A stretch of DNA of 64,000 nt, taken from the NCBI GenBank assembly GCA_034522435.1, contig JAXHLJ010000016.1:72893-136892 (forward strand), written 5' to 3'. This DNA comes from Desulfotignum sp. Its GTDB lineage: Bacteria > Desulfobacterota > Desulfobacteria > Desulfobacterales > Desulfobacteraceae. Positions 1-9,320 of the stretch are shown here, in pieces. The notes under the pieces are model-generated. The model saw only the letters and a program-made list of their open reading frames with translations, was not told the origin of the DNA and searched no databases. Each line of letters starts with the position of its first letter. Positions within the stretch are counted from its first letter, which is position 1. Position numbers and translations under genes: made by a program.

Positions 1-1935
1 AACTATTTTATCAAAAATCCCCGGTATCCCAATGACAACTCCTGGGGCATGGGCCAGCTCACCGCCATGGAGGAACAGTGGGAGATCGATTTTGACCGGC
101 CGTGGAAAGACCTGCCCAAATCCCAGAGAGACCTGCTGCTTCACGGTTCCGGCACAAAAAAAATGAAGGTGAACTGGCAGTCGGACAAGATCCAGGCCGC
201 TTTCACCCGGACCCATGAAGGCCTGCTCAACACCCTGATGCGGCGGTACAAGAACACCCAGTCCGAAAACCAGAAAAAATACTACACCCGGTTCATGACG
301 GCCGCCACCTGCCCGGCCTGTCATGGAAAACGGCTGCGGGACGAGGTGCTTCATGTCAGAATCGAGGGGAAATCGATCATCGATGTCACGGAAATGACGG
401 TGAAAGAGGCCCACCAGTTTGTGTCGTCCCTGGAACTTGCCGGCAGCCGGCAGCTCATCGCGGCGGAACTGCTCAAAGAGATCCGGGACCGGCTGGGGTT
501 TTTACTGAATGTGGGTCTGGATTATCTGTCTCTGGACCGCAGCGGGCCCACCCTGTCCGGCGGGGAATCCCAGCGGATCCGTCTGGCGTCCCAGGTGGGA
601 TCGGAACTTACCGGGGTGCTGTATATCCTGGATGAACCCAGCATCGGCCTGCACCAGCGGGACAATATCAAGCTGCTGAAAACCCTTCAGCACCTGCGGG
701 ATATCGGCAACACCCTGATCGTGGTGGAGCATGACCAGGAAACCATGGAAGACTGCGACTGGATCGTGGACATCGGTCCCGGGGCCGGGCATCTGGGCGG
801 CCGGATCGTGGCCCAGGGCACCCCGGCCGAAATCAGGGCCAATCCCGTCTCCATCACCGGGCGGTTTCTGTCGGGAAAAGAATCCATTGCCGTGCCGGAT
901 CAGCGCCGGTCACCGGATGCCAGAAAATGGGTGACCATCGTCAAAGCCGGAGAAAACAATCTCAAGGATGTGACGGCCCGGTTCCCTTTGGGCCTGCTGA
1001 TCGCGGTGACCGGGGTGTCCGGGGCCGGCAAGTCCACCCTGATCAACCAGATCCTGTACCCGGCCCTGGCCGTGACCCTGCACGGTTCCCAGATGAGCGT
1101 GGGCCGGCATGACGCCATCCAGGGACTGGCACATGTGGACAAGGTGATCAACATCGACCAGAATCCCATCGGCCGGACCCCCCGAAGCAATCCGGCCACC
1201 TACACCAAGGTGTTCGATCCCATCCGGGACCTGTTTGCCCAGCTGCCGGAGTCCCGGGCCCGGGGATACAAAAAAGGGCGGTACTCCTTCAATGTCAAAG
1301 GAGGGCGGTGCGAGGCCTGCCAGGGGGACGGATACATCAAGGTGGAGATGCATTTTCTGGCGGATGTGTTTGTGCCCTGCGAGGTGTGCCGCGGCCGCCG
1401 GTTCAACAAGTCCACCCTGGAGATCACGTTCAAGGGCCATTCCATTGCCGATGTGCTGGACCTGTCCGTCCTCCAGGCCCGGGAACTGTTCGACGCCCAC
1501 CCGAAAATCACCCAGATTCTGGATACCCTCATGGATGTGGGACTTTCCTATATCAAGCTGGGCCAGGCCGCCACCACATTGTCCGGCGGGGAGGCCCAGC
1601 GCATCAAGCTGGCCCGGGAACTGGCCCGGCGCAATACCGGGGACACCTTGTATATCCTGGACGAACCCACCACGGGCCTGCATTTCAGGGATGTGAAGCT
1701 GCTGCTGGCCGTGCTGCAGCGCCTGACCGATGCCGGCAACACCGTGATCATCATCGAGCACAACCTGGATGTGATCAAGACGGCGGACTGGGTCATGGAC
1801 CTGGGGCCGGAGGGCGGGGCCGGGGGTGGTGAAATCGTGGCCCAGGGCCCGCCGGAAAGCGTGGCCGAAGTGCCGGAAAGCTATACCGGCCATTACCTGA
1901 AAGAGATGCTGAACACGGCGGCTCCCGGTACCTGA
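1..1935 (+). CDS. uvrA: Excinuclease ABC subunit A (UvrA), 5' end cut by the window edge
   Basis: Frame 1 is open from nt 1. Two ABC halves with signatures LSGGESQRIRLA and LSGGEAQRIKLA, Walker A GVSGAGKST, and zinc-finger CxxC pairs (CPACHGKR; CEACQGDG...CEVCRGRR). Confidence 0.95.
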   Translation, partial: NYFIKNPRYPNDNSWGMGQLTAMEEQWEIDFDRPWKDLPKSQRDLLLHGSGTKKMKVNWQSDKIQAAFTRTHEGLLNTLMRRYKNTQSENQKKYYTRFMTAATCPACHGKRLRDEVLHVRIEGKSIIDVTEMTVKEAHQFVSSLELAGSRQLIAAELLKEIRDRLGFLLNVGLDYLSLDRSGPTLSGGESQRIRLASQVGSELTGVLYILDEPSIGLHQRDNIKLLKTLQHLRDIGNTLIVVEHDQETMEDCDWIVDIGPGAGHLGGRIVAQGTPAEIRANPVSITGRFLSGKESIAVPDQRRSPDARKWVTIVKAGENNLKDVTARFPLGLLIAVTGVSGAGKSTLINQILYPALAVTLHGSQMSVGRHDAIQGLAHVDKVINIDQNPIGRTPRSNPATYTKVFDPIRDLFAQLPESRARGYKKGRYSFNVKGGRCEACQGDGYIKVEMHFLADVFVPCEVCRGRRFNKSTLEITFKGHSIADVLDLSVLQARELFDAHPKITQILDTLMDVGLSYIKLGQAATTLSGGEAQRIKLARELARRNTGDTLYILDEPTTGLHFRDVKLLLAVLQRLTDAGNTVIIIEHNLDVIKTADWVMDLGPEGGAGGGEIVAQGPPESVAEVPESYTGHYLKEMLNTAAPGT

Positions 1936-2047
1936 AAGATCAACGGCGTGATGCCGGTGCCGGTCGGTAAAATCCGCATACAGGCCAGTGTCAGAGGATC
2001 GGCAGTGTGTACCTCGAACCGTTCCGGCTCCATGACGCGTTTTTCCC

Positions 2048-3415
2048 TTAATTGAAAAAGGTATCGTGCAGTGCCTGGATCGTGGAGTTCAAGCTGTCTT
2101 CATCCACCAGAAAATACATGGCCGCATCTGAGGCTCCAAAAGAAATCATCTCGATGTTGACATCCGCGTTGGAAACTGCGGTAAAACAGCGGGCCGCAAT
2201 GCCCCGGCTCCGGTGAAGGCCTTCGCCCACGATACTGACCAGGGCCACCCGGGTTCTGCAGGCCGATTCTCTGAAAGGCCGCGGGTGAATCTCCCGGATG
2301 CAGGCATGGGCGGTCCGGGCATCATTTTTGGACACCAGCAGGCTGATACAGGTCTGGGATGTGACCACGGATTTGATGTTGATGCCGCTATCGGACACGG
2401 CGCCGGTGATCAGGGAGAGAATCCCCTGCCGGGCCCCTACACCGGAGGCGTGGATTTTTAAAATGGCCACATCCCTGGTGTAGGAAACGCTCTTAATGAC
2501 GGTATCGGCTTCTTTAGCCTGGCGAGTGATGCGACTGCCCCGTGCATCCGGGGCATAGGTGTTTTTGATGGCGATATCGATGCCTGCCTGCCGCACCGGT
2601 TCCACGGTTCTCGGATGCAGGATGCCGGCGCCGGTATAGGCCAGTTCCGCCGCTTCTTCATAGGTCAGTTCCGGAATCAGGCGGCACTCGGGGATGTTGT
2701 CCGGATCCGCGGTCATGAAACCGGGGGTGTCTTTCCATATTTCAAGGAGGTCGGCATCGATCCCGGCGGTGACCACGGCCGCAGAATAATCAGACCCGCC
2801 CCTGCCGAAGGTGGTGATCTCGCCGGTTTCGCTGATCCCGTAAAATCCGGGAACGAACAGGATTCGATTTTCCGTGACCTGCCGGCCCAGGCGTAAAGAC
2901 AGGTTTTCCCGGGTGGGCGCCATGAGGGCCGTGGCATCCATGAATTTGCCGTCCGTGATGATGCCGGCTTCTTCGGGCAGGACCACCCCGCTGTCGACGC
3001 CCCTGGATGCCATGGCCGCCGCCAGGATCATGGCGGACATCCGTTCTCCGGACACGGCGATCATGTCCCGCATGCGGGGGGTGGCCTCCCGGGTGAAGCT
3101 GATGCCGAAATAGTACCGTTCCAGTCTGCCGAGCAGATCCTCGAGGTTTTGAAAGGCCCTGGTTCTTTCTTCGGCAGGGGTCACCAGGAAGTCGATAAAG
3201 GTGTGATGGCGGGTCCTCAGATCCCGGATGACCCCTTCGATGGTGTCTTCAGATGCCAGTACCGCATCGATGCCGGAAACAAGGATATTGGTGATCCCGA
3301 AGAACGCGGACACCACAAAGATGTTTCCCTTTCCCCGGGCCGCCGCCAGATCCAGTATGATGTTTGCGGTGGGTCCGTTCTTGAGACAACCGCCGCCGAT
3401 TTTGATGACTTTCAT
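2048..3415 (-). CDS. ask: Aspartate kinase
   Basis: 455 aa. N-terminal KIGGG, the amino-acid-kinase motifs GRGGSDYSAAVV and IWKDTPGFMTADP, and a C-terminal ACT-like regulatory region. Confidence 0.9.
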   Translation of the reverse strand: MKVIKIGGGCLKNGPTANIILDLAAARGKGNIFVVSAFFGITNILVSGIDAVLASEDTIEGVIRDLRTRHHTFIDFLVTPAEERTRAFQNLEDLLGRLERYYFGISFTREATPRMRDMIAVSGERMSAMILAAAMASRGVDSGVVLPEEAGIITDGKFMDATALMAPTRENLSLRLGRQVTENRILFVPGFYGISETGEITTFGRGGSDYSAAVVTAGIDADLLEIWKDTPGFMTADPDNIPECRLIPELTYEEAAELAYTGAGILHPRTVEPVRQAGIDIAIKNTYAPDARGSRITRQAKEADTVIKSVSYTRDVAILKIHASGVGARQGILSLITGAVSDSGINIKSVVTSQTCISLLVSKNDARTAHACIREIHPRPFRESACRTRVALVSIVGEGLHRSRGIAARCFTAVSNADVNIEMISFGASDAAMYFLVDEDSLNSTIQALHDTFFN

Positions 3416-3696
3416 GCCAGTACCTCGGGATTGACAATGTGCGGGACCCTGCCGGTTTTGTAAAATTCAATGATGTTTTCCGCCGCCAGAACGGACATCC
3501 GGTCCCGGGCCTCCATGGTGCCGGAGCCCACATGGGGCAGGCCGAAGGCGATATCGGCCGTGGCTTCGCTCATGGCATCCGGGGTGTAGCCCAACGGAAT
3601 CCCTTTGCCGGCGGCCGGGTATTTCCGGGTGATCAGTATTTTCTGGTTGTCGATCATGGTAAGAATCACATTATGCAAGTATGCAGCGGGTGTCAA
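3412..3696 (-). pseudogene. Internally deleted relic of a D-isomer-specific 2-hydroxyacid dehydrogenase
   Basis: The 94-aa ORF joins an N-terminal-type segment (GKGIPLGYTPDAMSEATADIAFGL) directly to the C-terminal catalytic tail (PHVGSGTMEARDRMSVLAAENIIEF...VNPEV). The NAD-binding GxGxxG domain between them is absent. Its stop overlaps the ask start (ATGA). Confidence 0.5.
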
Positions 3697-3716
3697 GCAC
3701 AGATCCGGTTAAAGCA

Positions 3717-3750
3717 CGTCCGGGGATCTGGATTTCCAGACCCCCGGACG
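3717..3750 (-). terminator. Strong hairpin downstream of the thiolase gene (candidate terminator or processing site)
   Basis: cgtccggggatctgga-tt-tccagacccccggacg pairs at 15 of 16 positions. Only a weak T tract (tgcttt) follows on the minus strand. Confidence 0.4.
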
Positions 3751-3784
3751 GTTTGGTGCTGCGGTTTTTCAGTAGAGTTTCAAA

Positions 3785-4963
3785 TCAAATGCGTTCAAAT
3801 ATGGCGGCTGCGCCCATGCCGCCGCCGATGCACATGGACACGATGCCGTATTTGCCGTTGACCTCTTTGAGGTTGGCCAGGCAGGTGGCCGTGAGCTTGG
3901 CACCCGTGCATCCCAGGGGATGGCCCAGGGCAATGGCGCCGCCGTGGATGTTGATCTTGTCCATGTACTTGACCAGGTCCAGTTCCCGGATGCAGTACAG
4001 GGCCTGGGAGGCAAAGGCTTCATTGATTTCATAGATGTCGATGTCGTCAATGGTCATGCCGGCCTGTTCCAGGACTCTGGGGATGGCGTATCTGGGGCCC
4101 ACGCCCATTTCATCGGATTTGCATCCGACCGTGGTGTAGGACACCAGGCGGGCCATGGGTGTCAGGCCGAGTTCATCGCATTTTTCTTTGGAGGCGATGA
4201 TGGTGGCGGCGGCCCCGTCCGTGGTCTGGGAGGAGTTGCCCGCCGTGACCGAGCCGTTGGCCTTGAACACGGTGCGCAGTTTGGCCAGGCCTTCCGCGGT
4301 GGTTTCTCTGATGCCGTCATCATGTTCGACAATGAAGGTTTCTTTTTTATAGGTGTCGTCCGGTTGTTTCACATAGCGAAAGGCCGGCGTGGGAACGATT
4401 TCCGTGAACAGGCCGTTGTCCCGGGCTCTTGCCGCCTTGGACTGGGAGGCGGCGGCAAAGGCATCCTGGTCTTCCCTGGAAATGCTGTACCGTTCCGCCA
4501 CATTTTCCGCAGTGACGCCCATGGACACGAACATTTCAGGGTTGGTGCGGGAATATTCCGGATGGGGCCGGGGATTGTTTCCGCCCATGGGCACATAGGT
4601 CATGGATTCCACGCCGGCGCCCATGGTGATGTCGGACCAGCCCATCTGGACCCGCATGGAGGCCAGGGCAATGGCTTCCAGGCCCGAGGCGCAGAACCGG
4701 TTGACCGTGGCGCCGGACACCTTGTCCGGGAACCCGGCCATTTTCAGGGCCACCCGGCCCAGGTTCAGCCCCTGTTCCGCTTCCGGGAATGCACAGCCCA
4801 GCATCACGTCATCAAAATGATCCGCAGACAGGTTCGGGGTTTTTTCCACAGCCTGCTTCATGATAAAGGTGATCAGCTCTTCGGGCCGGGTCTGGTTGAA
4901 CTGGCCTCTTTTCTGCTTGCAGCCCGGGGTCCGGACCGATTGTACAATATATGCGTCTTTCAT
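3785..4963 (-). CDS. fadA: Acetyl-CoA C-acyltransferase / 3-ketoacyl-CoA thiolase
   Basis: 392 aa. Active-site NRFCASGLEA and the C-terminal thiolase signatures NIHGGAIALGHPLGCTG and CIGGGMG. Confidence 0.95.
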   Translation of the reverse strand: MKDAYIVQSVRTPGCKQKRGQFNQTRPEELITFIMKQAVEKTPNLSADHFDDVMLGCAFPEAEQGLNLGRVALKMAGFPDKVSGATVNRFCASGLEAIALASMRVQMGWSDITMGAGVESMTYVPMGGNNPRPHPEYSRTNPEMFVSMGVTAENVAERYSISREDQDAFAAASQSKAARARDNGLFTEIVPTPAFRYVKQPDDTYKKETFIVEHDDGIRETTAEGLAKLRTVFKANGSVTAGNSSQTTDGAAATIIASKEKCDELGLTPMARLVSYTTVGCKSDEMGVGPRYAIPRVLEQAGMTIDDIDIYEINEAFASQALYCIRELDLVKYMDKINIHGGAIALGHPLGCTGAKLTATCLANLKEVNGKYGIVSMCIGGGMGAAAIFERI

Positions 4964-4978
4964 TGGTATCTCCTCCTT

Positions 4979-7387
4979 CTAGTTTCTGAGGGGTTTGCCG
5001 GTTTTGAGCATGTGATCGATCCGGGCGATGGTTTTTTCCTCTTTGCAGAAATCCACGAATGCGTCCCGTTCCAGTTTCAAGATGGTGTCTTCACTGACTT
5101 CGGATCCCACATTCACATCTCCGCCGCTCATGACATAGGCGATGCGCTTGGCCAGAAACGCATCATGGTCGCTCATGAAATTGCCGTTGCGCATGTTGTA
5201 GATTTCCGCGTTCACCATGCCCTGGCCGGCATCGCCCATCACTTTCAAGGGCTGTTTCATGGGCGGTGCGTACCCGTCATCCACCATTCTCAAGACCTCT
5301 TTTTTGGCTTCTCCCACCAGGGTGTCGCGGTTGAATACAATGCGGTCCGCCTGTCCCAGGAACCCGTTGCCAACGGCCTGGGCCGCGGACATGGACACGG
5401 CTGCCATGCCGATTTTCATGAACGCTGCCACAAAAATCTTTGCCAGGTCCAGATCCTTGACGGTTTTTCCGGGCAGGGCATTCACATGTTTTTTCCACAG
5501 GTTCATGGTGCCGCCGCCGGCGGGCAGCAGACCCACCCCGATTTCTACCAGCCCCATGTACAATTCGGCATGGGCCACGATGCGGTCCGTGCCCAGGCAG
5601 GTTTCACATCCGCCGCCCAGGGTCATGCCGTAAGGGGCCGCCACCACCGGGAACGGGGCATATCTGGAAGCCTGGATTCCGTCCTGGGCTTTTTTGAGAA
5701 ATGCATCGATTTCCGCATATTTTTTGTCATGGCACAGTTTGGCGATAAATCCCAGGTCTGCGCCGGCAGAGAAAGCGCCGGGCATGCCGCCGGCTTCATT
5801 GCCGATGACCAGGCCCACCCCGTTTTTGTCCACATAATCCAGGCTGTCGGCAATGGAATCCACGATCTCTTCGTTGATGGCGTTCATCTTGGTATGGAAC
5901 TCCAGGCAGAACACCCCGTCTCCGATATCCACCAGGGAGGCGGAGGCGTTTTCTGTAACGGTTTTGTTGTTGCCCTTGGCCGCGGCAATGGAGACCAGGG
6001 ATTCGGGCACTGGCACAGGCTTGTAACCGGCGGAGACAAAGTCATAAAAATACCGGACCCCGTTTTCCAGTTTGTAAAAACAGGTGTTGCCGGCATCCAG
6101 CATGGCCTTGACATTGGCCGGCACTTCCAGCCCGTCTTTGGCCATTCTTTCCACCGCGTCTGCCACGCCATAGGCATCCCACAATTCAAAGGGTCCCATT
6201 TCAAAGTTGTAGCCCCATTTCATGGCATTGTCGATTTCCACGATGGTGTCGGCGATTTCCGGGATCCGGTTGGCTGCATACTGAAAGGAGTTGGCTGCCA
6301 GTTTCCAGGCGAACTTTCCGGCTTTGTCATCGGCCTTGAGCACGATGTTGATCTTTTCGGTCAGGGTGCCGGCTTTTTTGGCTGCATCCAGGCAGGGGAA
6401 GGTGGGCCGTTCCAGGTCTTCATATTCCAGGGTGTCCAGGTTCAGGACCTTTCGGACCTTTTTCCATTCCGGGGTGAGGTCGGTTTTGTAGAACCCGGCT
6501 TTTGTCTTGTTGCCCAGCAGATTTTTGTCCGCCATCTTTTCCACAAAATCGGGCAGCTGCATGATGTCGCGCTGCTCATCATCCACGCACAAATCATAGG
6601 AGTTTTGGGCCACGTGCATCATGATGTCCAGGCCCACCAGGTCCGTGGTCTTGAAGATGGCGGTTTTGGGCCGTCCCATGGCCGGGCCGAAAATGGCATC
6701 CACCTCGGGCACGGTGAGACCGTCTTCCTGCATGAACCGCATGGCCGCGCTGATGCCCTGGATCCCGATGCGGTTGCCCACAAAGTTGGGGGTATCCTTG
6801 GCCCAGACAATGCCTTTGCCCAGGTTTTTCTCGCCGAATTTTGCCATGAAATCCAGGACCTCCGGCAGGGTGTCCCGGCCCGGGATCAGCTCCAGCAGGT
6901 GCATGTACCGCACCGGGTTGAAAAAATGGGTGCCCATGAAATGCTGTTTGAACTCCGCGGAAAACCCTTGGGTGATGTCCTGGAGCGGGATGCCCGAGGT
7001 GTTGGTGGTGACGATGGATCCGGGTTTCCGGATCTTTGCCACTTTTTCGAACAGGTTGCGTTTGATGTCCAGGCGTTCCACCACCACTTCCACGATCCAG
7101 TCGCAGTCCGCCAGCTTGTCGATGTCATCCTCCAGATTGCCGATGGCGATCAGCCCGGCATCCTTTTTGTTGAAAAACAGGGACGGAGAAGATGCCAGGG
7201 CCGCATCCAGACCGGCCTTGACGATCCGGTTCCGGGCGGCGGGGTCGGTTTTCTCTTCATCTTTCAAGTCGAATGGAACAATGTCCAGGAGCAGTACCTT
7301 GATACCGGCACCGGCCAGCAGGGCCGCGATGCCCCCGCCCATGATACCGGATCCGATGACTGCGGCCTGTCTGATTTTTCTTGCCAT
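4979..7387 (-). CDS. Fused 3-hydroxyacyl-CoA dehydrogenase / enoyl-CoA hydratase (FadN/FadB-like, dehydrogenase domain first)
   Basis: 802 aa. N-terminal Rossmann AVIGSGIMGGGIAALLA and a C-terminal crotonase-like segment (GNEAGGMPGAFSAGADL). The gene sits 16 nt upstream of the thiolase on the same strand. Confidence 0.9.
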   Translation of the reverse strand: MARKIRQAAVIGSGIMGGGIAALLAGAGIKVLLLDIVPFDLKDEEKTDPAARNRIVKAGLDAALASSPSLFFNKKDAGLIAIGNLEDDIDKLADCDWIVEVVVERLDIKRNLFEKVAKIRKPGSIVTTNTSGIPLQDITQGFSAEFKQHFMGTHFFNPVRYMHLLELIPGRDTLPEVLDFMAKFGEKNLGKGIVWAKDTPNFVGNRIGIQGISAAMRFMQEDGLTVPEVDAIFGPAMGRPKTAIFKTTDLVGLDIMMHVAQNSYDLCVDDEQRDIMQLPDFVEKMADKNLLGNKTKAGFYKTDLTPEWKKVRKVLNLDTLEYEDLERPTFPCLDAAKKAGTLTEKINIVLKADDKAGKFAWKLAANSFQYAANRIPEIADTIVEIDNAMKWGYNFEMGPFELWDAYGVADAVERMAKDGLEVPANVKAMLDAGNTCFYKLENGVRYFYDFVSAGYKPVPVPESLVSIAAAKGNNKTVTENASASLVDIGDGVFCLEFHTKMNAINEEIVDSIADSLDYVDKNGVGLVIGNEAGGMPGAFSAGADLGFIAKLCHDKKYAEIDAFLKKAQDGIQASRYAPFPVVAAPYGMTLGGGCETCLGTDRIVAHAELYMGLVEIGVGLLPAGGGTMNLWKKHVNALPGKTVKDLDLAKIFVAAFMKIGMAAVSMSAAQAVGNGFLGQADRIVFNRDTLVGEAKKEVLRMVDDGYAPPMKQPLKVMGDAGQGMVNAEIYNMRNGNFMSDHDAFLAKRIAYVMSGGDVNVGSEVSEDTILKLERDAFVDFCKEEKTIARIDHMLKTGKPLRN

Positions 7388-7436
7388 GATGTCCTCCTGC
7401 TAAAAGGGTGAGTATTCGTGATCCAAATGCCACATT

Positions 7437-7452
7437 ATGAATGAGTATTCAT
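7437..7452. promoter_or_regulatory. Perfect 6-4-6 palindrome ATGAAT-GAGT-ATTCAT in the fad operon upstream region (candidate operator)
   Basis: Read directly from the sequence, 50-65 nt upstream of the 7387 start codon. The same half-sites recur at 7601-7616 and 14162-14177. Confidence 0.5.
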
Positions 7453-7570
7453 TTTTGATTAACAGAAATCCACCCGGGTTGTCAAGGAAAATTATTTTCC
7501 GGACAAGGGGATATAATCGCATTCAATTTCAAATTGTTAGCCTGTATATCAGGGGTGTGTGATCTTTGGA

Positions 7571-7594
7571 TGCATGCCGGGTGCATGCCGGGTG
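7571..7594. repeat. Tandem 11-bp repeat tgcatgccggg x2 (plus a partial third unit)
   Basis: tgcatgccggg tgcatgccggg tg, read directly from the sequence. Confidence 0.8.
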
Positions 7595-7599
7595 AAATA

Positions 7600-7723
7600 A
7601 ATGAATTGTCATTCATGATTCATCCCGCATGATTAATCCTATGGATGGCGCTTGAAAAAAAACCGCTTCTGGTAGGGTGCATCGTTGTTTTGGTTGGATA
7701 TTGGAATTTTTTTAAACAGAGGG
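7600..7723 (+). repeat. Direct repeat copy A (~124 bp), left flank of the AT-rich block
   Basis: Hand alignment to 14161-14287: aatgaattgtcattcatg...atggatggcgcttgaaaaaaaa..ccgcttctggtagggtgca.cgttgttttggt.ggata..gga.ttttttt.aaacaga. About 9 substitutions plus length changes in the A and T runs. Confidence 0.85.
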
Positions 7724-7851
7724 TGCGCCACCTACGAGGCAATGGCTTTACTGCGCCGCCGAAAAAAAGAACGGGACAAGGACCCTCAAAAGCCTAAAGG
7801 AAGGCCGAAGCCCACTGGAGCGCTATAGAATCTGATTTATGATCTTTTGAC

Positions 7852-8580
7852 TCAATGATCTAAAATGGAAGTTAAAAACGCCTTACCTCTGACTGTCTGG
7901 GGATTTTTAAAAAAATCCTCAGGTGGTGCAACCTCGATGATCTTACCTTCATCCATAAAGACAACCCGGTCGGCCACTTCTCTGGCAAATCCCATTTCGT
8001 GGGTAACGACCATCATGGTCATCCCCCCCATGGCCAGATCCCGCATGACATCAAGGACTTCACTAATCATCTCAGGGTCGAGGGCTGATGTGGGCTCATC
8101 AAACAGCATAATTTTAGGGTTCATGCACAACCCCCTGGCAATGGCCACCCGTTGCTCCTGTCCGCCGGATAATTGAGCAGGGTATTGTTCGATTCGATCT
8201 CCCAGACCTACTTTTGTCAATGTCTCTCGCCCGAGTTTTTCCGCCTCTTTTTTTTGTATTCTTTTGACCTTCATTGGTGCGATCGTCACATTTTCAAGTG
8301 CTGTCATATGAGGATACAGATTGAATGCCTGGAATATAAAGCCAATCTCCGCCCGAATTTTTGTCAAATTGGTCTTTTTGTTGTGGACAGGGGTATTGTC
8401 GACCACAAGCTCTCCCTCCTGAATGGGCTCCAACCGATTCACGCACCGGATCAGGGTGCTTTTTCCCGATCCGCTTGGACCGCAGATCACAACCACCTCC
8501 CCTTGAGCAACCTCAAGGTTAATGTCTTGAAGGACATGAAGATCACCAAACCATTTGTTTACATTCTTGAAAGAGATCAT
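7852..8580 (-). CDS. Polar amino acid ABC transporter ATP-binding protein (GlnQ/HisP-like)
   Basis: 242 aa. Walker [10 protein letters not shown], signature [15 protein letters not shown], Walker [13 protein letters not shown]. Confidence 0.9.
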   Translation of the reverse strand: MISFKNVNKWFGDLHVLQDINLEVAQGEVVVICGPSGSGKSTLIRCVNRLEPIQEGELVVDNTPVHNKKTNLTKIRAEIGFIFQAFNLYPHMTALENVTIAPMKVKRIQKKEAEKLGRETLTKVGLGDRIEQYPAQLSGGQEQRVAIARGLCMNPKIMLFDEPTSALDPEMISEVLDVMRDLAMGGMTMMVVTHEMGFAREVADRVVFMDEGKIIEVAPPEDFFKNPQTVRGKAFLTSILDH

Positions 8581-8634
8581 GAACTGTTTTCCCTTTATGT
8601 AATAAACTTTGTGAAACTAATGTTTTTTTTCCGT

Positions 8635-9303
8635 TTACAGCTTTGTATTCTCATAATTCATCCGCCTTTCCAGATAGCCTGAAAAGTTGATCAAAGGATA
8701 ACAGACAGCGAAGTATAAAAGGCCTACAAGTCCGAACACCATTAAGCCTTCAGGAATTCTCTGAACTGTCAGCCAACCGGCTCTGGTGACATCCATCACG
8801 CCTATTGCGGAAACAAGGGATGAATCTTTAATCGTAAGGACATACTGTCCTACCAAAGGTGGAAGAATGGTTCTCATGGCCTGGGGAAAGACGATGTATC
8901 GCATTTGCTGATAGCCTGACAGCCCAGAGGCTGTTGCTGCTTCTTTTTGTTCAGATGGAACGGACAAGATTCCGCCTGCCACAATTTCACAGATAAAACT
9001 GGCAGCCAGATTAGAAAGGGCGATGACCGCAGCCGGGAAAGCCTCCAATTCTATACCGACCTCGGGCAGAATAAAAAAGATAATGAAGATCTGTACCAGA
9101 AATGGTGTACCACGGATCAGATCCACCCAGGCACCAATGATGAATCGTACAAATTTATTCCCACTGGCCCGTAATATCCCGCAAATAAAACCGATGATGG
9201 TTCCTGCAATAAGACTCAGCCCTGAAACCTGAACAGTAACCAACAGCCCGTCAAGGAAGAACGGCAGACTGTGTATCAGTTCTTTTAAGTAAAAACTCCA
9301 CAT
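8635..9303 (-). CDS. Amino acid ABC transporter permease (His/Glu/Gln/Arg/opine family)
   Basis: 222 aa with multiple TM segments. Conserved permease loop ASGLSGYQQMRYIVFPQAMRTILPPL. Confidence 0.85.
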   Translation of the reverse strand: MWSFYLKELIHSLPFFLDGLLVTVQVSGLSLIAGTIIGFICGILRASGNKFVRFIIGAWVDLIRGTPFLVQIFIIFFILPEVGIELEAFPAAVIALSNLAASFICEIVAGGILSVPSEQKEAATASGLSGYQQMRYIVFPQAMRTILPPLVGQYVLTIKDSSLVSAIGVMDVTRAGWLTVQRIPEGLMVFGLVGLLYFAVCYPLINFSGYLERRMNYENTKL

Positions 9304-9320
9304 AGTTTATCCTTTCTGCC

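Noticed and set aside
1900-2029. A 48-codon minus-strand ORF (MEPERFEVHTADPLTLACMRILPTGTGITPLIF...) just downstream of ask that overlaps the uvrA 3' end.
   Set aside because: It is too short, overlaps a confident gene, and has no motif or clear RBS.
3920-7411. Very long antisense ORFs: the 1163-aa ORF opposite thiolase/fadN, and also 910-1893, 14385-15374, 19847-21109, 21308-22963, 33682-34866, 47079-48203, 49342-51588, 52648-53577 and 55257-56627.
   Set aside because: They are codon-aligned reverse complements of well-supported genes. A stop on the antisense strand needs a sense TTA, CTA or TCA codon, and these GC-rich genes almost never use those. The translations are Gly/His/Pro/Arg-rich with no recognisable motifs. 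They are shadow ORFs, not overlapping genes.
7742-7828. A short ORF MALLRRRKKERDKDPQKPKGRPKPTGAL at the left inner edge of the island. Its 3' end (7796-7828) loosely resembles 12690-12716 (…QGEPVGAY-stop), which could indicate a transposase or integrase relic.
   Set aside because: Only about 21 of 30 positions match, with three gaps, which could arise by chance. The peptide is too short and basic to assign to any family. There are no inverted repeats or catalytic motifs.
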